From contig CAIJHQ010000045.1 of NCBI GenBank assembly GCA_903820505.1, positions 79,625-143,624 on the forward strand: a DNA stretch of 64,000 nucleotides, read 5' to 3'. Source of the stretch: Candidatus Omnitrophota bacterium (GTDB lineage: Bacteria > Omnitrophota > Omnitrophia > Omnitrophales > Aquincolibacteriaceae). The translations under genes and the position numbers were made by a program. Shown piece by piece: positions 37,601-46,813 of the stretch; the first letter of the stretch is position 1; each line of letters begins with the position of its first letter. The notes below the pieces were generated by a model, which was given only the letters and a program-made list of their open reading frames with translations, did not search any database and was not told where the DNA came from.

Positions 37601-39168
37601 ATCGGCGGGTTCGTCACCTGCGCGAACAGCTGCCGGAAATAATTGTAAAGAAGCTGGGGCCGGACCGAAAGCACCGCGAGGGCCGCGTCATTCCCCATGG
37701 ATCCGACCGGCTCCTGGGCGTTCTCGGCCATGGGGATGAGGATCATTTTTTCATCCTCCAGGCTGTAGCCAAAGATCCGCTGCCGGAGGGCCAGCGTCTT
37801 CTCGTCACCTTCGACCGGACCGGGGACCTGAAGAAGTCCCCGCAATTCGATCTTTTTTTCTTCAAGCCATTGCCGGTAAGGCCTGCTATGGGCGATCGCG
37901 GACTTCGTTTCATTATCTTTAATGACCCGCTTTGCGGCCGTATCGATGACGAGCATTTTCCCCGGCGCAAGCCGCCCTTTTTCGAGAACATCGGGAGAGT
38001 TCACTTCCAGGACGCCGACTTCAGAGGCCATGATCACAAGACCGCTCTTCGTGATCACATACCGCGCCGGACGCAGGCCGTTCCGGTCAAGCGTCGCGCC
38101 GACCTTGACACCGTCCGTAAAAGCGATGGCCGCGGGACCGTCCCACGGCTCCATAACGGCCGCGTGATATTCGAAGAAAGCCCGTTTGGCCTCGCTGATA
38201 TGGTATTTCACGCCGAAGGCCTCGGGCACCATCATCATCATCGAGTGCTCGATCGAACGTCCCCCAAGCGCAAGAAGCTCGAAAACATTGTCGAAGATCG
38301 CCGAGTCGCTCAGGTTGGGATTGATGATCGGCAGCAGTTTTTTGATCTCCGGACCAAAGAGGCCGGACTCCATGCGCCCCTCGCGCGCCATCATTTTGTT
38401 GATATTGCCGCGAAGCGTGTTGATCTCACCGTTGTGCGCCATGAACCGGAACGGATGCGCGAGCGGCCAGGACGGGAACGTGTTCGTCGAATAACGCTGA
38501 TGAACGACCGCCAGGGCGCTGATAAAATCGGGGTCCAGCAGGTCCGGGTAGAAATTGACGAACTGGGGTGCGGCGAACATACCCTTGTAGACGATCGTGC
38601 GGCATGAAAGTGACGGAATGTAAAAATCCTCGACGGCCCACCCAAGACTGATCGCTTCGTTCTCCAGGACTTTCCGGAGAATATAAAGCCTGCGCTCGAG
38701 ATCAACGCTTTCGAGCCCATCAAAAGCGAGAAAAACCTGCCAAATGGACGGCATGGCGTCACGCGCCATTTCACCCAAACATTCGGGATGCGTGGGAACC
38801 TGGCGCCACCCGAGAACCTTCCCGCCTTCCTTCTCCGCGCGGGCAACGATCATTTTCCGGGCGCGATCCGCCTCCTGCTCCTTTTGGGGCAGGAAAAGCA
38901 TGCCAACACCGTACTTGCATTCTTCGGGAAGTTTGAAATTGACGCTTTTGCAGAAAAATTTATGCGGCATTTGGACGATCATGCCGGCGCCGTCCCCGGT
39001 CTTCTGATCGCCGCCGACCGCGCCGCGGTGCACCAGATTGCACAGGATCTGGACGCCGTCGCTGACGATCCGGTGGGAACGCGTCCCGTCGACCTTGACG
39101 ACGAACCCGACGCCGCAGGCGTCATGCTCGAGGCCCGGATGATACAATCCCTGTTCTTTCATTCTCAT
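34642..39168 (-). CDS. gltB: Glutamate synthase large subunit
   Basis: EHDACGVGF, HQRYSTNT, HNGEINT, QGAKPGEGGQLPG, CVMMRKCHLNTC. Start likely ATG 39168, after AAGGA. Confidence 0.97.
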   Translation of the reverse strand: MRMKEQGLYHPGLEHDACGVGFVVKVDGTRSHRIVSDGVQILCNLVHRGAVGGDQKTGDGAGMIVQMPHKFFCKSVNFKLPEECKYGVGMLFLPQKEQEADRARKMIVARAEKEGGKVLGWRQVPTHPECLGEMARDAMPSIWQVFLAFDGLESVDLERRLYILRKVLENEAISLGWAVEDFYIPSLSCRTIVYKGMFAAPQFVNFYPDLLDPDFISALAVVHQRYSTNTFPSWPLAHPFRFMAHNGEINTLRGNINKMMAREGRMESGLFGPEIKKLLPIINPNLSDSAIFDNVFELLALGGRSIEHSMMMMVPEAFGVKYHISEAKRAFFEYHAAVMEPWDGPAAIAFTDGVKVGATLDRNGLRPARYVITKSGLVIMASEVGVLEVNSPDVLEKGRLAPGKMLVIDTAAKRVIKDNETKSAIAHSRPYRQWLEEKKIELRGLLQVPGPVEGDEKTLALRQRIFGYSLEDEKMILIPMAENAQEPVGSMGNDAALAVLSVRPQLLYNYFRQLFAQVTNPPIDPYRENLVMSLMSFVGRQGNLLDETPGHCHQLKLSHPVLTNDDIERLKVSNLDSFRVGLVPMVFEPREGNLEKAVHDLCEQVEKKLDEGHSLVILSDRGVGPDKVPIPALLAASAVHQHLIRKGKRYLAGLVLETGEAREVQHFACLIAYGINAINPYLVFETLADLKRRGHLSAGLTTEGAIENYITAMKKGLLKVMSKMGISTIRSYRGAQIFEAVGLNDGFIEKYFPGTSSRIKGIGIDIVEREARERFAKAFEDVAPGAENLGPGGNYHYRLFSEKHLFSPQAIVNLQKAVREESYPAFKAYSRDVNDIAKNLCTLRGLFKFKNSQPAVPLEEVEAVDSILKRFVSSAMSFGSISKEAHETIAIAMNRLGAASNSGEGGEDEARYEPLPNGDSSKSMIKQVASARFGVTINYLAHSRELQIKMAQGAKPGEGGQLPGHKVDEMIARVRHSTPGVMLISPPPHHDIYSIEDLAQLIFDLKNANPEARISVKLVSEVGVGTVAAGVAKGRADMVLISGHDGGTGASPISSIKYAGSPWEIGLAETQQVLVMNKLRDRIRVQTDGQLKTGRDVVIGALLGAEEFGFGTTSVVALGCVMMRKCHLNTCPVGVATQDPELRKRFTGKPEHLMNFMRFVAQEVRELMAELGFRKFEDMVGRVDLLEVNDAIEHYKTKGLDFSRVLMKPEVPPGGSLRCVRGQERDFSLSLDPDLIKKAKAALDFKQPVVLEQKIRNFNRTVGTTLSYEVAKRYGLQGLPDDTLHIKFEGSAGQSFGAFLAHGITFELEGDANDYFGKGLSGGRIIVYPPRSATFRPQDNIITGNVNLFGATGGEVYIHGRAGERFCVRNSGALAVVEGVGDHGCEYMTGGRVIILGETGVNFAAGMSGGIAYVLDESQLFDTRCNLEMVDIEPVVGTESAKFLKTCIERHVKFTGSKYAAAILASWDEMLPRFVKVMPMDYKKALSKLKERQIRTSEIADMTEEVFS

Positions 39169-39272
39169 TCTATTTCCTTCATCGCTCGGTGCCGCCTTCA
39201 AACGGAATTCCTCCACTGGAAGTCGCTGCGAGAGTGGAACACCCGAGGCGCTTGGGCAGCAGAATACCCCTC

Positions 39273-39300
39273 ATACTACAAATTTATACATAAAGGGCAA
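39273..39300 (-). promoter_or_regulatory. Putative sigma70 promoter of gltBD
   Basis: TTGCCC-N16-TAGTAT in an AT-rich stretch. Confidence 0.4.
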
Positions 39301-39318
39301 AGGCAGGCGGTCGGTATT

Positions 39319-39858
39319 CTACCGTTTCCGGGGATTTTTTAAATAAAAATAACCGATCACTGTTTTTCCGTCCTGGATCTTCCCCCGGCGGATCATACGG
39401 CCGATCTCGGACAGGCTGAATTCCCGCAACTCGAATTCCTCATCTTCATCCTTCGGCGCCGATGCCGGCCTGAGACTGGACGCGAGATAGAGGTGCATCT
39501 TCTCCCCCGAAACCCCCGGGGTCGGGAAAAAAGCGATGATCTTCTGAAGCCGGCCCGGTCTCATTCCGATCTCTTCCATCAACTCGCGTCTGGCCGCCGC
39601 GGAGAACGATTCCCCGGGTTCGCGCCCACCGGCGGGAAATTCCCAAAGGTGTTTCGCGAGGGGGAACCGGTATTGGCGCACCAGGATGTACTTTCCGGAG
39701 GCCGTCCGGGGAATGATCGCCACGCAACCGGGATGTTCCAGGACCTGCCTTGAGAGGACCTTCCCGTGCGGCGTCCGCACCCGGTAATTGACGAGGTGGA
39801 TCGGACCCTTCTTGAACAATACCTTTTTCCTGAGGATCTTATAATTTTTTTTCGTCAT
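39319..39858 (-). CDS. nudF: Nudix hydrolase, ADP-ribose pyrophosphatase-like
   Basis: HPG, VRQYR, Nudix box GGREPGESFSAAARRELMEEIG, TPG, DGKT. Confidence 0.85.
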   Translation of the reverse strand: MTKKNYKILRKKVLFKKGPIHLVNYRVRTPHGKVLSRQVLEHPGCVAIIPRTASGKYILVRQYRFPLAKHLWEFPAGGREPGESFSAAARRELMEEIGMRPGRLQKIIAFFPTPGVSGEKMHLYLASSLRPASAPKDEDEEFELREFSLSEIGRMIRRGKIQDGKTVIGYFYLKNPRKR

Positions 39859-39919
39859 CAGCGCATATCCGGCACTCTAGAAAGATCATCATCGGATGCA
39901 TCCCGGCCGCGTGAAATGG

Positions 39920-41215
39920 TCAGGACAGGTCCGAAGGCTGACCGGTGGTGGAGAGCACCGCTTTCCACAACCAGCCGTTGGGATCTATGTTGCGGCGTTG
40001 GGAGGTCGCGAGCGGGATCGGAATATGCGTCGCTTCGCCTTTCCAGGCACCCACCAACATATCCGTCCGTCCGGACATCCCGGCGTGGACCGCCGAATGG
40101 CCCAAAAGCAGGCAGTACGCGGAATCATGCGCGATAGCCGGCATGCTCCGTATGGTGTAGCTCGGATCGATATATTTGACGCTCGCTTCCATGCCGGCGT
40201 TCTTGAAATAAGACTTGATCTCGTCACGCAAAAAAACGCCGATGTCCTCATGAAGAACGTTCCCCGAACGGTCCTGAACAGGTCCTCCGGCCTTTTTCAG
40301 CAGGTCCTGTCCCGCCCCTTCCGCCACCACGATCACCGCATGTGACTTGGTCTTCAAACGCTTTTCAAGGGCCCTCATGAGAGCATCGAGGCTGAAAGGG
40401 ACCTCGGGTATCAGGCAAAAATTGACCTGACTGTCCGCGAGCGTCGTAAAGGCTGCGATAAAACCGGAATCCCGTCCCATCAGCTTGACGAGCCCGATCC
40501 CGTTACGGGCGCCGGTCGCCTCGCTGTGAGCCGCGTACGTGAACCGCCGCGCTTCGCTGACCGCCGTCTCGATCCCGAATGTTTTCTGCACGAACGAAAT
40601 GTCATTGTCGATCGTTTTGGGAATGCCGACCACCGCGATCTTCAGCCCGCGCCGCGTGATCTCCTGGTAAATTTCATGAGCGCCGCGTAAGGTGCCGTCC
40701 CCGCCGAGCGTGAACAGGATCCCGATCTTGAGAGCTTCAAGCGTGTCCACCATCTCCGCCGGGTCCTGGTTCCCGCGGGAAGAACCCAGGATCGTGCCGC
40801 CCATCTCATGGATCCGGCTGACGCTTTTCGGATCGAGGTCCATCGGTTCGTTCCCGTATTTCTTCACCAGCCCTTCATAGCCGTACCGGAATCCATAAAC
40901 TTTTTTAACGCCGTATCCGTAATACAGTTCCAGCACGACGGCGCGCACCACGTCATTCAGTCCGGGACAAAGCCCCCCGCAGGACACGATCCCGCACCTC
41001 AGCTCCTTCGGATCAAAGAAGATCTTTTCCCTCGGCCCGGCCAGCTCCATGGCAGGCGGCTCCAGGCGGGCGTCCAGGTAGGGCTTGAGATCTTTCAGGC
41101 TGGAGTGATAAAGCAGGACATCGTCATCCCGGACGAATTGCCTGTTCTCAATGGGCGACGAAAAGCGGCATTCCCCGAGTTTTTTAACGCTGAAATCAAC
41201 ATTCGGTTCGTTCAT
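39920..41215 (-). CDS. pfkA: 6-phosphofructokinase, clade X (ATP-type GGDG signature)
   Basis: CGGLCPGLN, GGTILGSSRG, GGDGT, PKTIDND, MGRDSG, YIDPSYTIRS. Confidence 0.92.
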   Translation of the reverse strand: MNEPNVDFSVKKLGECRFSSPIENRQFVRDDDVLLYHSSLKDLKPYLDARLEPPAMELAGPREKIFFDPKELRCGIVSCGGLCPGLNDVVRAVVLELYYGYGVKKVYGFRYGYEGLVKKYGNEPMDLDPKSVSRIHEMGGTILGSSRGNQDPAEMVDTLEALKIGILFTLGGDGTLRGAHEIYQEITRRGLKIAVVGIPKTIDNDISFVQKTFGIETAVSEARRFTYAAHSEATGARNGIGLVKLMGRDSGFIAAFTTLADSQVNFCLIPEVPFSLDALMRALEKRLKTKSHAVIVVAEGAGQDLLKKAGGPVQDRSGNVLHEDIGVFLRDEIKSYFKNAGMEASVKYIDPSYTIRSMPAIAHDSAYCLLLGHSAVHAGMSGRTDMLVGAWKGEATHIPIPLATSQRRNIDPNGWLWKAVLSTTGQPSDLS

Positions 41216-41294
41216 ATGGAAGAATGGGCACTCATCTCTTACGCGATCCGAACACAGTGTCCGGGAAAACGCGAAAGCCGCTTTGTTGGGGGCA

Positions 41295-41370
41295 GATTAT
41301 AGCAAGCACCGCATCGAAAAGCCATAAGACCTTAGTCTTATAGCATTCCAAAGACGCTCGCGCTATAATC
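41295..41370. promoter_or_regulatory. Two-fold symmetric divergent promoter region with central palindrome
   Basis: GATTATAGC (41295-41303) and GCTATAATC (41362-41370) share one symmetry axis (41332.5) with ATAAGAC-N4-GTCTTAT (41324-41341). Confidence 0.6.
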
Positions 41371-41408
41371 CCCCCGTCTTGAACCACCCCAACGCGAAGG
41401 AGCGCACC

Positions 41409-42002
41409 ATGAACTCGCAAAAAGTCCGGATTCTTTCCGTCTTGATCACGATCACATCGCTTCTTGTTTTCACGGGTTGTGCGACCGTGACCTCGCACTC
41501 CGACTGGGACACGTCCGCGAATTTCAGCGCCCTTCAAACCTACTCCTGGGTCCCGGGCCAGCAACCGCTCACGGGGGACGCCCGGATCGACAACAACACC
41601 CTCCTCGACCAGCGCGTCCGGCAAGCCGTTAACACCGTGCTCACGTCCAAAGGTTATATAAAGACGGACACCAATCCGGATTTCTGGGTAAGCTATTCGG
41701 CCGCGATCGAGGCAAAGATCGACGCCGTCACCATGCCTTCCTACGGCTACGCGACACCTTATGTCGGCCCCTACGGAGAAGCGCGCTATGATTACTCGGG
41801 AATGTGGAGCGGCAGCACCACATCCGTCATGCAATATGATGAAGGGTCACTGATCCTGGACGTTGCGGACGCGAAAACCCGTCGACTGATCTGGCGCGGG
41901 ACGGTCAGCGACGTTGTGGACCCGTCACGATCCCCGGAAAAGAAACAACAGATCATCGAACAGGCGATCTCGAAAGCATTCTCGGAGTTCCCGCCGCAAT
42001 AA
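41409..42002 (+). CDS. DUF4136-family lipoprotein
   Basis: Lipobox FTGC, NFSALQTYSW, KGY...PDF, YDEGSLILD, LIWRG, FPP; SD AAGGAG before ATG 41409. Confidence 0.85.
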   Translation: MNSQKVRILSVLITITSLLVFTGCATVTSHSDWDTSANFSALQTYSWVPGQQPLTGDARIDNNTLLDQRVRQAVNTVLTSKGYIKTDTNPDFWVSYSAAIEAKIDAVTMPSYGYATPYVGPYGEARYDYSGMWSGSTTSVMQYDEGSLILDVADAKTRRLIWRGTVSDVVDPSRSPEKKQQIIEQAISKAFSEFPPQ

Positions 42003-42027
42003 AGGAACGCGGGATTTTCGCGACGCT

Positions 42028-44100
42028 TCAGCTCTTCGCGTCGTGGAATTTTTTTGGCTTTTGGGGGATCACTTCGATGGAAATCTTTTTTTTGGAGAGA
42101 GATTCGCTATCCAGCGCTTTCTGGCAGAGATACTCCTGGACCCGGAATTTCTTATCAGGACCGGCTTCTTTTTTCTGATATTCTCCGTCCGGAGATAACG
42201 TCCAGGCCTTGTTGTTATCTTTAAAGTAGAGTGACAGCAGCTGAAGAAGTTCCTTTTTATTTTTCCTGTCCTCCACGGGGAACATGAGCTCCAGTCGCCT
42301 GTCGAGGTTCCTGGGCATCCAGTCTGCGCTGGAAAGATAGACTTCTTCTTCCCCGCCGTTGAAAAAATAAAAAAGCCGGCTGTGCTCCAGGAACATATCC
42401 ACGACGCTGACCACTTCGATATTCTCGCTGAGGCCCTTGATCCCGGGCCGGAGACAGCAGATCCCGCGGACATTGAGTTTGATCCGGACCCCTTTTTGCG
42501 AGGCACGGTAAAGAGCTTCGATGATCTCCTTATCCACCAGGGAGTTCATCTTCGCCATAATGAGGCCCGGACGTTCCGGAGCGCTCTGAACGGATTCCCT
42601 CAGGATCAGCCGCAAAAGCCTGCGGCGTAATCCGTGGGGCGCCATCTCGAGTTTGGAGAAATGACCGGGACTCGAAAATCCCGTCATGACATTGAAGAAC
42701 GAACCCGCGTCCCGCGTGAATTCATCGTTGCTTGTGAAAAGATTGAGGTCCGAATAGACCTGCGCGGTTTTTTCGTTGTAGTTGCCGGTCCCGAGATGCA
42801 GATAACGCTTGATCCCCTCTGCTTCGCGGCGTATGACCAGACAAGCTTTGGCGTGCGTCTTGAGGCCGACCACTCCGTAAAGGACCGTGGCACCCGCTCT
42901 TTCAAGCCGTCTTGCCTCCTCGATGTTCAGTTCCTCATCAAATCGCGCCTTCAATTCAAGAAGTACCGTGACCTGTTTGCCTTTTTCCACCGCCTTTTCG
43001 AGTATGTTAATGACGGCGGAATTCCGTCCTATTCGATAAAGCGTCTGCTTGATGGCCAAAACATCGGGGTCTTCCGCGGCGGTCGTCAGAAAACGCAAAA
43101 AGGCTCCGAAAGAATCGTAGGGATAATGCACCAGCAGGTCTTTTTCCTTGAGAAGACCCCAAAGGTCACGGGCCTCTTCCACTTCCGCGACGGGCCTCGG
43201 CGTCCAAGCGGGACGTTTGAATTTTTCAAAGCCGGGCTGGAATGCGAGCTGGGAAATGCTTTTAAGATCGAGCTCCCCCTCGCCCCTGAAGATCATGTGT
43301 TCTTCCAGGCCCATCTTTTTCTTGAACCGCTCCGCCACATCCTTGGGAGCATCGATCTCGAGACGCACGACCGGACTTTCTCTCCGGGACCGTAACGCCT
43401 CGCTCATGATCTTCGCGAGATCCTCATCTCTTTCCTCATCGATCGTGAATTCCGCGCAACGCGTCACCCGTAACAACCCCTGCTGCCCGACCATGAAACC
43501 GGAAAAAAGCTCCCTAGCGAAAAGGCCGATCACATCTTCGATAAGAATGAACGCGTGAGCGGACCCCGAAGGGAGCGAGATCATCCGAGGATAATTTTTC
43601 GGGATCTCAACCAACGCATGGTGGAGGATCGCGGGGTTGGAGGACTCCCCGACCTCAAAGACACGGTAGAGAGTGAGGTTTGAGAGGTTCGGAAACGGCT
43701 GTTCGTCATGGATCGCCAGCGGGGTCAGGAGCGGGAGAAGTTCTTTGGTAAAAAGATTTTTCACATACGCGAACTGCTTTTCGTCCAGATTCGGGGGAAG
43801 AACCCTCACAATACCCGCTTCCGCAAGACCGGAAGCCAAAAGCTCCTTGAAAGAAAGATGCTGTTTGCGGATCAGATCGAACGCCTGCCGGTAGATCTCG
43901 GGAAGCCGCGGATCCGTTTCGGGAAGGCTGGCGACCCGGACCATGAAGAATTCGTCGAAATTGGAGCTGACGATCCCGAGAAACTTCAGACGCTCCAGGG
44001 CGGGGTTCGAAGGGTCCATGCCCTCGGCCAACACGCGGGCGTTGAAACGGATCCAGGATAGTTCGCGGTCAAAATATTTTTCCTGAGAGGGAGTGTCCAT
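42028..44100 (-). CDS. ppk1: Polyphosphate kinase 1
   Basis: RELSW, SNFDEFFMVRV, IKQTLYR, KARFDEE, KTHAK, GTGNYN, AKMNSL, LEHSR, SSADWMPRN. Confidence 0.97.
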   Translation of the reverse strand: MDTPSQEKYFDRELSWIRFNARVLAEGMDPSNPALERLKFLGIVSSNFDEFFMVRVASLPETDPRLPEIYRQAFDLIRKQHLSFKELLASGLAEAGIVRVLPPNLDEKQFAYVKNLFTKELLPLLTPLAIHDEQPFPNLSNLTLYRVFEVGESSNPAILHHALVEIPKNYPRMISLPSGSAHAFILIEDVIGLFARELFSGFMVGQQGLLRVTRCAEFTIDEERDEDLAKIMSEALRSRRESPVVRLEIDAPKDVAERFKKKMGLEEHMIFRGEGELDLKSISQLAFQPGFEKFKRPAWTPRPVAEVEEARDLWGLLKEKDLLVHYPYDSFGAFLRFLTTAAEDPDVLAIKQTLYRIGRNSAVINILEKAVEKGKQVTVLLELKARFDEELNIEEARRLERAGATVLYGVVGLKTHAKACLVIRREAEGIKRYLHLGTGNYNEKTAQVYSDLNLFTSNDEFTRDAGSFFNVMTGFSSPGHFSKLEMAPHGLRRRLLRLILRESVQSAPERPGLIMAKMNSLVDKEIIEALYRASQKGVRIKLNVRGICCLRPGIKGLSENIEVVSVVDMFLEHSRLFYFFNGGEEEVYLSSADWMPRNLDRRLELMFPVEDRKNKKELLQLLSLYFKDNNKAWTLSPDGEYQKKEAGPDKKFRVQEYLCQKALDSESLSKKKISIEVIPQKPKKFHDAKS

Positions 44101-44106
44101 AAGGTC

Positions 44107-45669
44107 TTAGGGTGAAGGGGCCGCGCCTTGCTTCAGGTCGATGGACGCTCCGAAAACATCGGCGAACATGTCCCCCTTGTTGTGAAGACTTTCCCGTTCC
44201 AGGGAAATGTCCCCGATCTCTTTGGGGACCCAGATGGCATAGGCGGCCTCGGCACGCTCAAGAGTGAACGTCCTGACCTTTTGCTGGTGGCTTGTGTCCA
44301 AAGCGTCCGCGACCCTTAAAATGGCGGCGAGTTTGGAGACCACGGCACGGTCCGATTTTGTGAGCGACATGTAGGGAAGATGGGTCTCCCGCGGAGGCAC
44401 GCGCCGGTGGTACCGGGCGACGTTGGCGACGATGTTCTTGTCGGTTCGCCGTAATCCGAAGATCTCGGCGGCGTCCACAAGATAAAATGAATGCTTATGA
44501 TGCCCCGCCGGAGAAATATAAGTGCCGATATCATGAAGGACCCCCGAGACCTCGAGCAGCAACCGCTCGCGCGGCCCCATGCCGTGATCCTGCTGAAGCA
44601 GATCAAAAAGTTTGACGGCAAGGGACGCCACGTTCGACGCGTGACTTTTTTCGAACATATATTTCGCGCCGAGATGATACGCGGAATTCAGCACCTGACG
44701 CGAAACATCGGTCCTGCGATATCCGGAAAAAAACTGCGCCAGTTCGAGCAGGAGGCCGTCCCGGATGCTCAGCATCGGAATGATGATCTCTTCCGCTTTT
44801 GTCTCCGCCAGGAAATTCGAATAAAAAAGGACCGACGGATAAACGGATTCGGCCTGTCCATAATCCAGGTTGTAGTGGCTCACGATCTCTTCCGGCGTCA
44901 TCTTCCCGATCTTGGCCAAAAAATTCAGGAACTCTTTCTTGCCGAGGATCGTAAAACGCTCCTGCGTCTCCGGAAGCAATTGCTGGGACACAAAGCGCAT
45001 ATCCCCGCCCAAAGCGATGAACGTGTCGATCTGGTCCATCCGGACTTCGCGCGCCGCGTGCTGGGCGATCTCGCGAATGCTTCGTTTCAGGACGCGCTGC
45101 ACCAACGCGGCATCCGCCTTTCCGCTCAACGCCTGTTCCGGAAGGCGCACCGAACCTATCGGCAGGGTCCGCGTCACCCCCACCTCGCCCTGGTTCATAA
45201 TGATCATCTCGGTGCTCCCGGAACCGACTTCCACGATCAAACAGTTCCGTTTCTGGAGGTCGATCTTTCCTTCCAGTGCATGTTCCACCGCGATTAATTC
45301 CAGCCGGTTCTCTTCGGCGCCTTCCAGGACCTCGACATCGATCCCCGTACGCACATACACCTGGTCGATGAAATTGTCGCGGTTCTGCGCTTCCCGGACC
45401 GCGCTCGTGGCGATCGCCTGGATCTTCTTGATCCCGTACGTATCGATCACGGACCTGAAGCCTTTCAGGATATTCACGCCCTGGCGCATGACGGTATTAC
45501 TGAGACGGCCCGTTTTGAAAACATCCTTGCCGAAACTCACGGGCTTCTGAAGATGCTCCAGATACCGGATCTCGTTCCTGGGGCCCACCTCCGCGATCAC
45601 CATGCGAATCGCGATCGTACCGATATCGATCACCGCCACCGTGTTTTTTTGGATCTCCGCGTCCGGCAT
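44107..45669 (-). CDS. ppx: Exopolyphosphatase / Ppx-GppA family with C-terminal HD domain
   Basis: IDIGT, ATSAVREA, GAEE, VGSGSTE, IRDGLL, LHDIG, ARYHR. Start ATG 45669 (TAATG overlap). Confidence 0.9.
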   Translation of the reverse strand: MPDAEIQKNTVAVIDIGTIAIRMVIAEVGPRNEIRYLEHLQKPVSFGKDVFKTGRLSNTVMRQGVNILKGFRSVIDTYGIKKIQAIATSAVREAQNRDNFIDQVYVRTGIDVEVLEGAEENRLELIAVEHALEGKIDLQKRNCLIVEVGSGSTEMIIMNQGEVGVTRTLPIGSVRLPEQALSGKADAALVQRVLKRSIREIAQHAAREVRMDQIDTFIALGGDMRFVSQQLLPETQERFTILGKKEFLNFLAKIGKMTPEEIVSHYNLDYGQAESVYPSVLFYSNFLAETKAEEIIIPMLSIRDGLLLELAQFFSGYRRTDVSRQVLNSAYHLGAKYMFEKSHASNVASLAVKLFDLLQQDHGMGPRERLLLEVSGVLHDIGTYISPAGHHKHSFYLVDAAEIFGLRRTDKNIVANVARYHRRVPPRETHLPYMSLTKSDRAVVSKLAAILRVADALDTSHQQKVRTFTLERAEAAYAIWVPKEIGDISLERESLHNKGDMFADVFGASIDLKQGAAPSP

Positions 45670-46670
45670 TACCAAAAGGTCCTTTCTTTTTTGAAATAAA
45701 AATCACGGGCGAGCCTCGCCGCGCCCTTCACGACCGCATAATCCTTCAGCTTCGACGGAACGACTTTCACCGATCCCACCAGGGGCTTCAGAAGACATTC
45801 TTCCATGACTCGGCGCGCTTCAGGAAGGATCAAATGCTCCATCGCTTCGATCATCCCGCCCCCCAGCACGATCATCTCGGGATTCAGGATGTTCGCGAGA
45901 TTCGCCATGACGATCCCGAGCATTTTCCCTTTGTCCAGGACCAACCCTTTGACCGCTTTATCCCCGCCCTCGATCGCGCGGAGCAAAGTCCGGCTTTTGA
46001 TCTTTTTGATATTGTAACCGACCTCGTCGAACAGATGCGGGGCTTTTTGTTTCAATAGCAGCAGTGCGGCTTCTGCGGTCACTCCGAGGCGCCCCAGAGA
46101 CGCCCCCACGGTTTCAAAAATACCGTGCCCCTGAAGAAAGGACGGCATCGACACAAGCGTATGCCCGATCTCTCCGGCACTTCCCGTAGCTCCCCGGTAA
46201 AGCTTCCCGTCCATGATCAGCGCTCCCCCGACGCCCGTCCCGAGAAAGATCCCGATCACATGCTGCCTTTTTCTTGCGACGCCCAATTTGTATTCCCCAT
46301 AAAGCCCCGCGTTCGCGTCATTTTCGAGCAGGACGGGAGCCTTGAGATATTTTGAAAGTTTTGCCTGCAGGGGATAGTTCTTCAGAAAAGAGATGTTGTT
46401 GGATAACTTCACGATACCCTTGGGACACCTGATAATACCGGGGCATCCTACGCCGGCCACCAGGACATTCTTGGAAGTAATGCGTCCTTCTTCCAAAAGA
46501 ACCTCGATCCCGCCGAAAAGGGTCCTCAGAAAGGCCTTTTCGCCCTGGTTCCCGTCGACCTCGGCCTTGTATTCCCGGCAAACCCGGAAATTCTTGTCCA
46601 AAAGCCCCATCAGGACTTTTGTCCCGCCGAGATCGATCCCGATCATGTATTTCTTTTTTTTACCCGCCAT
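45669..46670 (-). CDS. ROK-family sugar kinase (glucokinase-like) lacking the Cys zinc motif
   Basis: GIDLGGT, ENDANA, GTGVGG, AGEIGH; no CxCGxxGC. Start ATG 46670, after GGAGG. Confidence 0.85.
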   Translation of the reverse strand: MAGKKKKYMIGIDLGGTKVLMGLLDKNFRVCREYKAEVDGNQGEKAFLRTLFGGIEVLLEEGRITSKNVLVAGVGCPGIIRCPKGIVKLSNNISFLKNYPLQAKLSKYLKAPVLLENDANAGLYGEYKLGVARKRQHVIGIFLGTGVGGALIMDGKLYRGATGSAGEIGHTLVSMPSFLQGHGIFETVGASLGRLGVTAEAALLLLKQKAPHLFDEVGYNIKKIKSRTLLRAIEGGDKAVKGLVLDKGKMLGIVMANLANILNPEMIVLGGGMIEAMEHLILPEARRVMEECLLKPLVGSVKVVPSKLKDYAVVKGAARLARDFYFKKERTFW

Positions 46671-46813
46671 ACCGCCTCCGCGAGAATCCGGACCCGAAAA
46701 AAGACCGGAGAAAATGAACGACAACCGGACCGGAACCAGTACCGTGTCTTATTAATTTTAAGGGTACACGGCATAGTACTGCGAACCCGTAAAATTTACT
46801 GTAACGCAGTCTA

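Noticed and set aside
44107-45669. Ppx as a dead enzyme (DIGTIAIR instead of DIGSNS)
   Set aside because: The catalytic Glu region, the GSGSTE loop and the HD domain are intact, so the substitution alone is insufficient.
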